IMG/VR virus record: IMGVR_UViG_3300033074_000216
Span: 1 to 64,000 of that record
Direction: 5' to 3' (one strand)
Origin: a virus
Lineage: Duplodnaviria > Caudoviricetes
Length of the DNA: 64,000 nucleotides
The translations under genes were made by a program, and so were the position numbers. Positions within the stretch are counted from its first letter, which is position 1. The number at the start of each line of letters is the position of its first letter. Below the pieces are notes generated by a model. That model did not search any database, was not told the origin of the DNA, and worked only from the letters and a program-made list of their open reading frames with translations. This document shows, in pieces, positions 39,822 through 49,578 of the stretch.

Positions 39822-39873
39822 TTTTTTCAATTTAACTAGGGTTCGCCCTAGTAATTTAAATAAGGAAAAAACA

Positions 39874-41397
39874 ATGACAATAACATATGATGTAAAACAA
39901 CTTTTAAACTCAAGCACTAAAAACTTTTTAAGATTAAAACCAGAATTAATACCAATGCAACATACAGGATCAGTACTTTCATTGCCATTAATTTTTGCAG
40001 TTAACTCTTCATTAACTACTATAAACGATGACCCTCTTTATAGAAGATTCTTTGATATTATACCTAGTGGTGAACTTCAATCTCTAATTGAGAAAGAATC
40101 TAAACTTCCGGGACGAGTTAAACTATACCCAGTATTCTCAGAATCTACACATAAAATCGAACTTGTACCACAACTAATCAGAAACGATCAGTGGACTATG
40201 AGTGCAACAGACACATCTCAGTATGCTATCATTCCTAATCCTACATACTATGCACAACACGATGGTGAAGAAGTATTAATAGGTTTCCCTAGAATAGGAA
40301 TAAGACCATTAACTAATACAAACTCATACTACATTACTGGTTCAGATTTATCTGTATTTGATAAGTTCGGAGCAGATGGTAAATACTATTCATTCCCATC
40401 AGTAGAATCATACGATTTTACTACACACTTGAAAACTCAAATCTATACTAGATACTTCAGACCTAATAGTATCACTGATGGTGCAACTTCTGGATCTATA
40501 GTAGTTCTAGACACGTTCTTACCATTCTTAGCTATTGGTGACATATCTAATAACAATGATAATAACAACATTGTTATCAATCCATCAAGGTATGGAGCAA
40601 TTAGTCCATTAACAGCTAACTTGTTAAACATAAGTCAAATCCCAATTCAATCTGTACTAAAAGATGTACTTAAATTTGAATTACCATACATAGAACAATT
40701 ACTAAGAACAGTTAAGAAATCTAAGCTTAAAATCGTATTTGCTGGTGTTGGTGGAACAGGTACAAACACAATTTACTGGTTACATGAAATCTGTACATTC
40801 TTCAACATTCCAACTATCTTCGACGAAGTATACGTTTATGAGAAAGACAATGTAGACTTCTCAAACATCTTTAGATTCCCAATTCTACCTAAAGTATACG
40901 AATCAATCAACACAGCTGAACTTCCTAAGATAGCTCTAGTTGACAGATACCTTCGTACTCTATCTAAGTACATTGTTTACAAAGAACAATACTTAGAATC
41001 ACACGCAGACGTTCCAAACATTCTATTAGATGAAAACTCTCAAGCTAAACCTGATGTTATCATTTATGGTGCTCCATCAATCAGTAACAGAAACTTTCTA
41101 TCTTCTTTAGGTAGCTTCATTTCTGCAACTCATGCTAACAACACAGCATCTCTATACATCAATCCTAAAGCTGATGATTCATTACAAGTTGAAACTTACG
41201 GATTAATCCAACTTAATTCATTCTTCATCAATCAAATTAGGATGGCTATTGGTTTCTTAGAAATCTTATCTGAGAAAGCATACAGACAAGAAGACTTATT
41301 ATGGTCAGACTACACATTTGTCCCAGCAAACCCAAATTCAGGCAAGTATTTCTTCGACATCAGAAGAGAAATGCAAGCCCTAGTTGTAGGAGAGTAA
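39874..41397 (+). CDS. ThiF/E1-like adenylation-domain protein
   Basis: KIVFAGVGGTG (aa 286-296), EKDNVDFSNIFR and PK motifs of E1/ThiF. Confidence 0.75.
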   Translation: MTITYDVKQLLNSSTKNFLRLKPELIPMQHTGSVLSLPLIFAVNSSLTTINDDPLYRRFFDIIPSGELQSLIEKESKLPGRVKLYPVFSESTHKIELVPQLIRNDQWTMSATDTSQYAIIPNPTYYAQHDGEEVLIGFPRIGIRPLTNTNSYYITGSDLSVFDKFGADGKYYSFPSVESYDFTTHLKTQIYTRYFRPNSITDGATSGSIVVLDTFLPFLAIGDISNNNDNNNIVINPSRYGAISPLTANLLNISQIPIQSVLKDVLKFELPYIEQLLRTVKKSKLKIVFAGVGGTGTNTIYWLHEICTFFNIPTIFDEVYVYEKDNVDFSNIFRFPILPKVYESINTAELPKIALVDRYLRTLSKYIVYKEQYLESHADVPNILLDENSQAKPDVIIYGAPSISNRNFLSSLGSFISATHANNTASLYINPKADDSLQVETYGLIQLNSFFINQIRMAIGFLEILSEKAYRQEDLLWSDYTFVPANPNSGKYFFDIRREMQALVVGE

Positions 41398-41398
41398 C

Positions 41399-42754
41399 AT
41401 GAATTCATACATCCCAGACTACCTAGCTACTCAAGCTACGAATCCTAAGCAAAACATCTTAGGTCAACTATATCTAAACGAAGTAGAAGCCTTCCAGAAG
41501 AAATGTATGCAATCTATGACGGCTACTCCATCAGACCCAACTAAGTATTTTATTGATCCAAATACCTTAGGAACATTAGTTCCAGTTGATCCAAAGATGA
41601 GTAGTTTTGCTGAAATTACAAACAACAGAAGACCATTCGAAGGCTTCAATTATCAATACATCTTCAATAATGTTATCAAGAAAATCTTAACTCTTAACGG
41701 AACATTCTCATTCGAAGAAGCTATCGTTGAAATCAACAAGTTCAAAGAGAAAGCTGGACCTCACTTCTATGGTGCAGTTCTAAGAAAAGGTGATAAACTC
41801 ATCAATCCTTATCATATTCTAACTCCTATTAGTTATATGAAGAACAAAGAAGTATTCAACGATAAATACACAGTTCTATTATTCTTCTACTCAAACATTA
41901 ACAGTTTATTCTCTGATGGTTTCAAAAGACCAGACGCTGATAAGAAAGACAAAGAATACTGTGAAACTTTATTAAACAACATTATCAAATGTTCAAACCA
42001 TCAAGATGCTGAAGTTAAATCACCTAACAACATAGAAGGATTCTATACAAGTACTTCAATATCTTCTCCAACAGAAAGATTCACTTCTAGAACCTACTCA
42101 AGAAACTCATTTGCAGGATTAAAATATCACGTAGTACAAGCTGAAGAAATTACTGAAAAAGAATTCTTAGCATTAAACTATGTAACTCAGAACTCAGTTA
42201 GTTCATCAAATGGTGAAACATACCTTCTGTCAGCTCACCAAATCATGGTTAACGGAGTATTCGCTCCTGAGTATGGAGTATCTCTACTTAAGAAATCTAG
42301 AAGCTCACTATACGGAACATTCTTAACTCCATCAGCTTCATGCAATATCCAATCAGACTCTCTAAACAAAAGTCTGACATTCGCTTCAGTGTGTACTGGA
42401 CGAGAATCACAAAGTACCTTAAAAGGTATTTCATCTTTACATTGTTGTAACTATGCTTCAGCATACAACTCACATGCTCATTCAGACCTTTCAATAGTAT
42501 TTGCTAAAGAATCTATTGAGAAATGTACAACAATCTATGACAAAATCGGTATACTACCAAAAACACTAAAAGACACTCCAACTCCAGAAGAACTTGAGAG
42601 AATCGCTAATTTTGCAGACTACATCACATACATGACTGAGACATTCAAACTAAGTCTAATGGAAATCGAAGCAAGATACCAAACAATTAAAGGACAACAA
42701 AATGGGAAAGAAAAAGAACAAACATTTGCAAAGACAGACAGCTATGCTAACTGA
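41399..42754 (+). CDS. putative prokaryotic E2-like protein
   Basis: SCNI-x10-SVC332TG resembles the (H)xNI...VCxG active site of prokaryotic E2 families; lies between E1 and JAB. Confidence 0.4.
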   Translation: MNSYIPDYLATQATNPKQNILGQLYLNEVEAFQKKCMQSMTATPSDPTKYFIDPNTLGTLVPVDPKMSSFAEITNNRRPFEGFNYQYIFNNVIKKILTLNGTFSFEEAIVEINKFKEKAGPHFYGAVLRKGDKLINPYHILTPISYMKNKEVFNDKYTVLLFFYSNINSLFSDGFKRPDADKKDKEYCETLLNNIIKCSNHQDAEVKSPNNIEGFYTSTSISSPTERFTSRTYSRNSFAGLKYHVVQAEEITEKEFLALNYVTQNSVSSSNGETYLLSAHQIMVNGVFAPEYGVSLLKKSRSSLYGTFLTPSASCNIQSDSLNKSLTFASVCTGRESQSTLKGISSLHCCNYASAYNSHAHSDLSIVFAKESIEKCTTIYDKIGILPKTLKDTPTPEELERIANFADYITYMTETFKLSLMEIEARYQTIKGQQNGKEKEQTFAKTDSYAN

Positions 42755-44237
42755 GTATAAAACAATTTATGGCTCAGTAGGCACTACTACTCCTGCCTCT
42801 ACAGGTCAAACAAGAGCACTCGTACCAATCGATCTAAAGAATCATGGTATTATCCTACAAAAACACAGCATTATCCAGAAGATGTACGAACAATCAGGAC
42901 CAAATGCTAAATCAAACGAATTCCAAATGCATTATTGGATGTTAGTTTTCAGACATACATTCGATGATGGCGGATTCTTCGACGTAGCAGTTCCAACTTG
43001 CTATTTCAACTACGAACAATTCGTATCTGCAGCTCATGTAGACTTCGAGATGAAAGATGTATCAGAATTATCTGAGAAGTTAACTCCTCTTCATAATATG
43101 ATTACTAACCAAATCTTAGCTACAAATTTCAAAGCTGAGTTAGAAACACTATTTGGTGTACCATTTGAACCAATCTCTGTTGACGTAGGTACTCTACACA
43201 GACATCCAGGTTCATCTTACTCTCAAAGATTCTCAGGAACAGACTTAGATGCTAATACAACTAACCACGGTATAGTATTCCCATTAAAATCTGGTGTTGA
43301 TAAACCTTCATTCTCTGGAATCTTAGCTGTTGACGGAACTGAATGCAACGTAGCTCACTACGAATACAGATTAGTTAACGGTGCATACGAAACTAATGAC
43401 ATGACATACACTAAGGGTAGATGTTTAGCTATCACTTTAAACGATACTTATACTCCTCCAGTTTTATCAGCAGTTCAACGATTCTTCGGAGTAGTTACAG
43501 CTGGTGCTCCTCTTAAAACTAAAGAAGACAGTTCATTAGTTCCACAAACTATGATTCAAACTCTTAATAGTTTAATCACTTTATTACCAGATCCAAACAT
43601 CCAATTAATTAGATCTGAGAACGTGAAAACCAGGGTTACGACAACCGTTACAAGATACACAGGTGGCGGGTTCACTGGTTCATGGATTAATGGCGCTTGG
43701 GTACCGAATGCTGAAACGCCTCCTTACAAGTTAGCTATCGCTGATTACGATTATCCATTACAAACTCTTAAGTTCAATTATGAGAAACACATGAACTTCC
43801 ACAAACTTCCATTCAAAGACGAAGACATCGCTAAACTTAATAGAACTGAAATGGAAGAAAAACTAAAAGAAGTTTATGCTTACAAAGCTCCAAAGAAAGA
43901 AGAAAAACCAGAAGTTAAAGCTAATGGTAAATTCTTAGTTTGTGAAATTCTTCCTCATACAGAAGAAGAACTTGAAGCTTTAACAAGAGAAGAACTTATT
44001 GCACACCATGATGAACTAGATACTTACTACTACGGAAAAGTGTCTCCATCTATCGCTGAAACTGAAACTGACGTAACAAAACAAGAACTAATCGGATACA
44101 TCACAGAGTTATACGTTAACATCTATGATGAAGAACAAGACTCTTTAGCCGATGCTCCTGGAGTTGTTACAGCAATACCAAACACTACAGGAAGGTCTCT
44201 ATATGATTTCGCTGACTACGACGACTGTTGGAACTGA
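42702..44237 (+). CDS. JAB/MPN+ metallopeptidase with acidic C-terminus
   Basis: SNEFQ Glu, then LHRHPG-x6-FSGTD (HxH...SxxD). Confidence 0.75.
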   Translation: MGKKKNKHLQRQTAMLTEYKTIYGSVGTTTPASTGQTRALVPIDLKNHGIILQKHSIIQKMYEQSGPNAKSNEFQMHYWMLVFRHTFDDGGFFDVAVPTCYFNYEQFVSAAHVDFEMKDVSELSEKLTPLHNMITNQILATNFKAELETLFGVPFEPISVDVGTLHRHPGSSYSQRFSGTDLDANTTNHGIVFPLKSGVDKPSFSGILAVDGTECNVAHYEYRLVNGAYETNDMTYTKGRCLAITLNDTYTPPVLSAVQRFFGVVTAGAPLKTKEDSSLVPQTMIQTLNSLITLLPDPNIQLIRSENVKTRVTTTVTRYTGGGFTGSWINGAWVPNAETPPYKLAIADYDYPLQTLKFNYEKHMNFHKLPFKDEDIAKLNRTEMEEKLKEVYAYKAPKKEEKPEVKANGKFLVCEILPHTEEELEALTREELIAHHDELDTYYYGKVSPSIAETETDVTKQELIGYITELYVNIYDEEQDSLADAPGVVTAIPNTTGRSLYDFADYDDCWN

Positions 44238-44241
44238 TTCT

Positions 44242-45060
44242 ATGCCATTAGCTGAAGTTGTAGCTAACGATACTATTAAACCTAAACGAGTTAAGAAAGT
44301 TACAGACCTATCTTACCGAACATTCTTCATCAAGAAGAAAAACGGTAAGACTAGAAAAATCTGTGCTCCTTCTGCAGACTTACTTAAAGCCCAACGAAGA
44401 ATACTTCCTGAGTTAGTTGAACACTTTACTTTATATGAAGCTGAACACCTGAAATCGGAAATCTTCCACGGATTTATTCCAGGTCGTAACATCGTTACTT
44501 GTGCTGAACTTCACAAGAATCTAGACCATACTCTGACTCTAGACATTAGCAACTGTTTCGATTCTATCAGTAACGAAATGATTGCATCTTGTGATATCAA
44601 ACCATTAGACATCTATTTTGAGAAAGAGACTAACTGCTTAGCTCAAGGCTTTGCAACTAGTCCAATTCTTTCAGCAATCTATCTAGTTAAACCGATCAAA
44701 GAGCTAATCACTCTAGTTAAATACATCGATCCAGAAGCTGTAGTTACATGCTACGCTGACGATATCCAAATTAGTATCCATAAGCAATCTTATGATACTC
44801 TTAATAGATTAGTTACTTATGCAACTCATATCTTTGGTCAATACAAACTTACGATCAATCCGAAGAAAACTCGTATGAGACATTCGAAGTATGGTAATCG
44901 TAAGATCTTAGGTATCCAAGTTGGTTCAGAATCTCTGACTCCCTCTCGAAAACTTAAGAAGAAAATCAGAGCCGCAAAACATCAAGGTAACGGACCATCA
45001 TTAGGTGGATTAGTTACTGCATCTCGAATGATGTTACCAAAATCGAGAAGACCTAAGTAG
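44242..45060 (+). CDS. retron-type reverse transcriptase (272 aa)
   Basis: YRTFFIKKKNGKTRKICAP, HGFIPGR, CAELH, LDISNCFDSI, AQGFATSP, YADD, INPKKTR, ILG; likely start at ATG 44242. Confidence 0.9.
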   Translation: MPLAEVVANDTIKPKRVKKVTDLSYRTFFIKKKNGKTRKICAPSADLLKAQRRILPELVEHFTLYEAEHLKSEIFHGFIPGRNIVTCAELHKNLDHTLTLDISNCFDSISNEMIASCDIKPLDIYFEKETNCLAQGFATSPILSAIYLVKPIKELITLVKYIDPEAVVTCYADDIQISIHKQSYDTLNRLVTYATHIFGQYKLTINPKKTRMRHSKYGNRKILGIQVGSESLTPSRKLKKKIRAAKHQGNGPSLGGLVTASRMMLPKSRRPK

Positions 45061-45068
45061 TCTTCTCG

Positions 45069-45272
45069 TATAAGTTACAGTTATACTGTATGTAGAACGA
45101 AGCCCCGTTACATGGAGTAGCTCGTATCGGTTATCTATCATACTGTGTAACAAAAGACGCTTCGCTTCCCTTCGGGAAGCTAAAGCGTCTGGAGAACCAG
45201 GGACCCTGTGATCCAGCAACATGCATCCATCTCAGCCTCTGGTCAGTACATACAGTATACCTGTGACTTATA
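45069..45272 (+). ncRNA. retron-like msr/msd ncRNA unit 1
   Basis: 26-bp terminal inverted repeat (1 G-U, 1 mismatch), unpaired G45095, GC-rich hairpin 45155-45190. Confidence 0.75.
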
Positions 45273-45393
45273 ATAGACTTTCGAATTAACTTATCTGCTT
45301 AGTTTTCGGTAGTTTAACAAGGTTAATTCACACAATTTGTGCAAGTAAATGTACAAAGAGGGAACATTTAGTATTAATTTCACACTATAATCC

Positions 45394-45614
45394 TAGGGTT
45401 ATAGCTGACATACCTAGACTTTAACAAGTATAACACTTTGTGGTTAGTTTAGTAGTTTGAATCGGCTATGTACAAGGGCTAACTATATGAAGGTGTTACA
45501 GGATTTCTACAAAGGGACCCAGGCCGTAGGCCAGGGACCCAAAGTAGAAATCCCCCCACACCTTCACCGTCTCCAGCATCTTGCTGGCGAGTAGGTATGT
45601 CTGCTATAATCCTA
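45394..45614 (+). ncRNA. retron-like msr/msd ncRNA unit 2
   Basis: 23-bp terminal inverted repeat (1 G-U, 1 mismatch), unpaired G45417, 79-nt hairpin 45488-45566; TATAAT at 45386. Confidence 0.75.
45602..45610 (+). promoter_or_regulatory. extended -10 promoter
   Basis: TGCTATAAT upstream of 45638, overlapping the 3' arm of unit 2. Confidence 0.5.
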
Positions 45615-45637
45615 AAATTTAATTTAAAGGACAAACA

Positions 45638-46521
45638 ATGATCGAACTTAGATCAAAACACTACAAATTTCTTCGTAGAGACATCACTAGAAAACTTTAC
45701 GATAAAGCAAAGTCATTATCAAACAGAGTAGAAGTAGACACTTCTAGATTAAGCATCTGTGGTTACAACTTCACTATTATTTCATTCATAAAGTATAATA
45801 AAGCTACGAAAATAATTAGTAGAAAAACATATGTAGAGTACAATCCACAAGATTACCATCTAATTAAAAACGTAATTAAACTAGAACAACTCTACAATGT
45901 TCCACTTATCGGGGAAGGACTTTCAACATGATTAATTTAACAATTAAAAACCATAGACTAGATAAGTATCTACTACCAGAACTATCATCTACACCCACTC
46001 TCCACATAATTATAACAAAACCTAGAACAAAGACTGAAACAATTCATTCTTTTATAGCTCCAATCTACGCTGAAGTTATGAGAAAAAGCAATAATCCTCA
46101 ACAACAAATCGCTGAACTACCTTTAGCAATAGTTAAAGGTTCAACTCAAGCAAGATCACTAGGATTAGCAGATAAATTTATTGGTTTAAATCCTATCAAT
46201 ATCTCAATTCAACAAAAGTACTGTTCACAATTTGTAAACTATGATGGTATCAAGAAGAATGGGTTTAAACTTATTACTAATGATCAACTAAAGAACATGT
46301 CATACTTACGAAACAACTCAAACAGAGCAAGTTACACAGTTATCTATGTATTCAAAGCTAAGGACATGTTAACTTATGAGATTCTAAAGAAGTTAGAAAC
46401 TAATCAACACTTATTACCTCCAATCAGTGATATCTACAGAATAGCTCAATTTATTAGATTACTTATTAATCAGAATACTCCTGAATTTTTCAGAGAACCA
46501 TCTAAAATACCTGAAATCTAA
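45638..46521 (+). CDS. two hypothetical proteins (45638-45931, 45928-46521)
   Basis: SDs; coupled. Confidence 0.6.
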
Positions 46522-46523
46522 TA

Positions 46524-46940
46524 ATGAAACAAATAAAACTAACATTACCTGTGTACCATAACACAGGAAAGAAAACAATATTTCTAGGAATGAATTGGTA
46601 CAGAAATGCCCATTTCTTTACTAGCAATAAAGTTAAACAAGAACTTGAAGACATCATTATCAACCAAATTCCAGCTAACGTTACTTTTGATCAATACCAA
46701 ATAGCATACACTTATTATTTTAAATCAATCATCAGTGACTTACCTAATGTTACTGCTTTAGGTTCTAAATTCCTTAATGATGCTCTTAAGAAAGCTGGTG
46801 TCATCAAAGACGACAACGTTCAATATCTCAAACACGAGTCATACTCAGTAGGTTCACAAGACAAAACAAATCCCAGAATAGAAGTAATTATAGGAGAATA
46901 CAATGAACCAAGTAACACCTCCGATAATACTACAAAGTAA
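46524..46940 (+). CDS. RusA-like Holliday junction resolvase
   Basis: DLPNV...KFLNDAL...IKDDN acidic motif. Confidence 0.7.
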   Translation: MKQIKLTLPVYHNTGKKTIFLGMNWYRNAHFFTSNKVKQELEDIIINQIPANVTFDQYQIAYTYYFKSIISDLPNVTALGSKFLNDALKKAGVIKDDNVQYLKHESYSVGSQDKTNPRIEVIIGEYNEPSNTSDNTTK

Positions 46941-49062
46941 GGTAGCAACTTTTGACATCGAGTCAGAACCAATCCCTAAGATAGGTATTCTCGGAATTAA
47001 GAAAATCTTTTGTATCAATATCAAAATCAACGATCAACCAGTACAAAGATTCACACACCTTTATCACCCAACTGCATCTGGAAACCTCCAAGCTGCAGTC
47101 AAACTACTTAACTCTTGTGACTACATCGTTGGTCACAACATCCTCGGCTTCGACATACCTGTTATTGAGAATAACTTAGGTAAACTCACAGCCACACCAA
47201 TCGACACTATTCTAGTTTCTAAACTTATGTTCTCTAAGGACACCTTAGTTTCAATCGACTATGGTATCCCTGAGATGCCACCTAAACTCTATGGATCATT
47301 CGGGCTTAAAGCTTTTGGTATCCGTTTCGGAGATTACAAAATCCAATTTGAAGACTTTACTAAACTCACTACTGAAATGTTAGACTACTGTGATCAAGAC
47401 GTTGAACTTACTTATCGTCTATTCATGTACTTACTAGAACAACCATTCTTCCCAAATTCATCTGTTATCGAACTCGAACAACGAGTTAAACAAATCATTA
47501 TGGATCAAGAACTCCACGGTTTCTATTTCGATGTAGACGGAGCTAAAGCCTTAGCTACAACTCTTAGATATAAAAAACTAACATTAGAGATAGCGTTACA
47601 AAAATCATTCAAACCTATGTTTCTACCAGACGGTCCAGTTAAACAACCATCTAGTCGTAACAAAGTTAAAGTTTATGCTCCAGCTTTAAACTATCGTGAC
47701 AAATTCAGACATGCTCAACCTTACTGGAGACCATTAACTCGTCAAAAGAATGGCAAGTTCAAATTTCCAGCTAAGACTAAATACAAGTGGTTTGATACCC
47801 CTCATTATATTTATTATGAATATAAGTTAGGTGAGTATCAACCAATCTCATTAGTTAAATTTAATCCAGGCTCTCGAACTCATATTCAAATCTGGCTTAA
47901 GAAACTCTACGATTGGAAGCCATTAGAATTCACTCCTGCTGGTGGAGCTAAAGTCGATGCCGACACTTTATCTAACTTAGATTATCCAGAAGCTAACCAG
48001 CTCAAAGAGTATCTTAAGACAGTTAAAGACTTAGGTCAACTTATCGAAGGCGATAATTCACTTCTCGCTGTAGTTAATGAAGACTCTAGGTTCCATGGCC
48101 GTGTAGATACCTTAGGTGCAAACACAGGACGTATGACTCATTCACTACCTAACATAACTCAAGTTCCTAAAACTAAGGAATTCAGAGAACTACTTCAATC
48201 ATCTCCAGGAATGGATTTCATTGACGTTGATGCTGACCAACTTGAGCTAGTTATGATGGGACACTACTTAGGCCCATATGATAACTACCAATACGCTCAA
48301 GCCGTTGATACCGGAGACAAAGACAAAGGTACAGACATTCATACTATGAATCAGAAAGCCGCAGGTCTACCAACTCGTGATGCAGCTAAAACCTTCATCT
48401 ATGGTTATCTCTACGGTTCTGGTGCTACCCGTATCGGTTGGGGATTATGGACAGATAAAACAGAATCCACTCTAGAATATACTTTCGATGAATATGCGAA
48501 AGCTGAGCAAGCTATTCTTAAACGTATTGAATTATCTCGTTCAAGAGGAGCAGTAGTTGAAACCTCAGATGGAACTTTACTATTCCCAATAGCTAAAGAC
48601 CGTATGATTGCCTACTCAGATACATTAGTTAAACAATCTATCTACGGTGGACAAATCGCATCTGAATTCCGTAAACAAACCCTAGGACTTGATGCTCTAA
48701 TCACTGACATTCAAGCTAAGGCTAAAGCCGGAGAACTTAAAGGTTTCAAAGACTATCAACTCCATTGTCGATCACCTCACTCTGCCTTCAATCTCCTTCT
48801 ACAAGCTGGAGGAGCTATCTTCATGAAGCAATACCTTTATGAGATTGACAGAGACTTACGTGCTGAATTTACTCACGGAGTAGACTTCGGATACGTTGCA
48901 AACATCCACGATGCAGTTAACATCGAAGCTAGACCAGAATGTACTCCACGAATCTGTGAAATACTCAAAGCTGGCTTCAGCAAAGCATCAATAACTCTTG
49001 GCATGAAATACCATGTTAAAGGTAAACCATCAGTTGGTAAAAACCAATATGAGACCCATTAA
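46903..49062 (+). CDS. family A DNA polymerase with 3'-5' exonuclease
   Basis: FDIES, GHNILGFD, YCDQDV; DADQLE, RDAAKTFIYGYLYG, NIHDA. Confidence 0.95.
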   Translation: MNQVTPPIILQSKVATFDIESEPIPKIGILGIKKIFCINIKINDQPVQRFTHLYHPTASGNLQAAVKLLNSCDYIVGHNILGFDIPVIENNLGKLTATPIDTILVSKLMFSKDTLVSIDYGIPEMPPKLYGSFGLKAFGIRFGDYKIQFEDFTKLTTEMLDYCDQDVELTYRLFMYLLEQPFFPNSSVIELEQRVKQIIMDQELHGFYFDVDGAKALATTLRYKKLTLEIALQKSFKPMFLPDGPVKQPSSRNKVKVYAPALNYRDKFRHAQPYWRPLTRQKNGKFKFPAKTKYKWFDTPHYIYYEYKLGEYQPISLVKFNPGSRTHIQIWLKKLYDWKPLEFTPAGGAKVDADTLSNLDYPEANQLKEYLKTVKDLGQLIEGDNSLLAVVNEDSRFHGRVDTLGANTGRMTHSLPNITQVPKTKEFRELLQSSPGMDFIDVDADQLELVMMGHYLGPYDNYQYAQAVDTGDKDKGTDIHTMNQKAAGLPTRDAAKTFIYGYLYGSGATRIGWGLWTDKTESTLEYTFDEYAKAEQAILKRIELSRSRGAVVETSDGTLLFPIAKDRMIAYSDTLVKQSIYGGQIASEFRKQTLGLDALITDIQAKAKAGELKGFKDYQLHCRSPHSAFNLLLQAGGAIFMKQYLYEIDRDLRAEFTHGVDFGYVANIHDAVNIEARPECTPRICEILKAGFSKASITLGMKYHVKGKPSVGKNQYETH

Positions 49063-49074
49063 AAGGAAAACAAA

Positions 49075-49569
49075 ATGATAGAAGCATTATCATTAACAGT
49101 TGGAGCAGTTCTTGCTCTATCTTGGTATTACGTAATAGGTATTAGCTTATTAAGTATGTTAGTTGTAGTATCAGTATTAAACGAATGTGTTGAATTCAGT
49201 TTAGGAACATTATTAGTATTAGGTGGTGTTTTACACTACACAGGAATTATAGACGTAACTCAATGGAACTTATTAGCTCTTGTAATCAACGTATCTATCT
49301 ACTTAGTTATCGGACTATTCTGGTCATTCTTTAGATATAGACTTAAAGCTATCGAAATTATCAAAGATCATGATTTCTCAGATAAAAATAAAGCGATACA
49401 GTCGATTAAGAATAAAATAAGCAAATCTTTGATATCATACTGGATACTTTTCTTCCCAATCTCAATATTAAAGTTCATTACTGAAGATTTAATTGATTGG
49501 TTAGTTGAACAATTCCAAGGTGTATATACTATTATAGCTAAACACACAGTTGGATCTTATTTAAAATAA
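49075..49569 (+). CDS. membrane protein
   Basis: multiple TM segments. Confidence 0.65.
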   Translation: MIEALSLTVGAVLALSWYYVIGISLLSMLVVVSVLNECVEFSLGTLLVLGGVLHYTGIIDVTQWNLLALVINVSIYLVIGLFWSFFRYRLKAIEIIKDHDFSDKNKAIQSIKNKISKSLISYWILFFPISILKFITEDLIDWLVEQFQGVYTIIAKHTVGSYLK

Positions 49570-49578
49570 GGAAAACTC

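Noticed and set aside
44242-45614. RT as part of a diversity-generating retroelement
   Set aside because: Motif QGFATSP is retron-like, not the DGR GxxxSQ type; I saw no TR/VR pair with A-specific mismatches and no Avd-like gene
44242-45614. RT as a group II intron protein
   Set aside because: Only 272 aa, no maturase or endonuclease domain, no domain V/VI pattern, and flanking genes are intact
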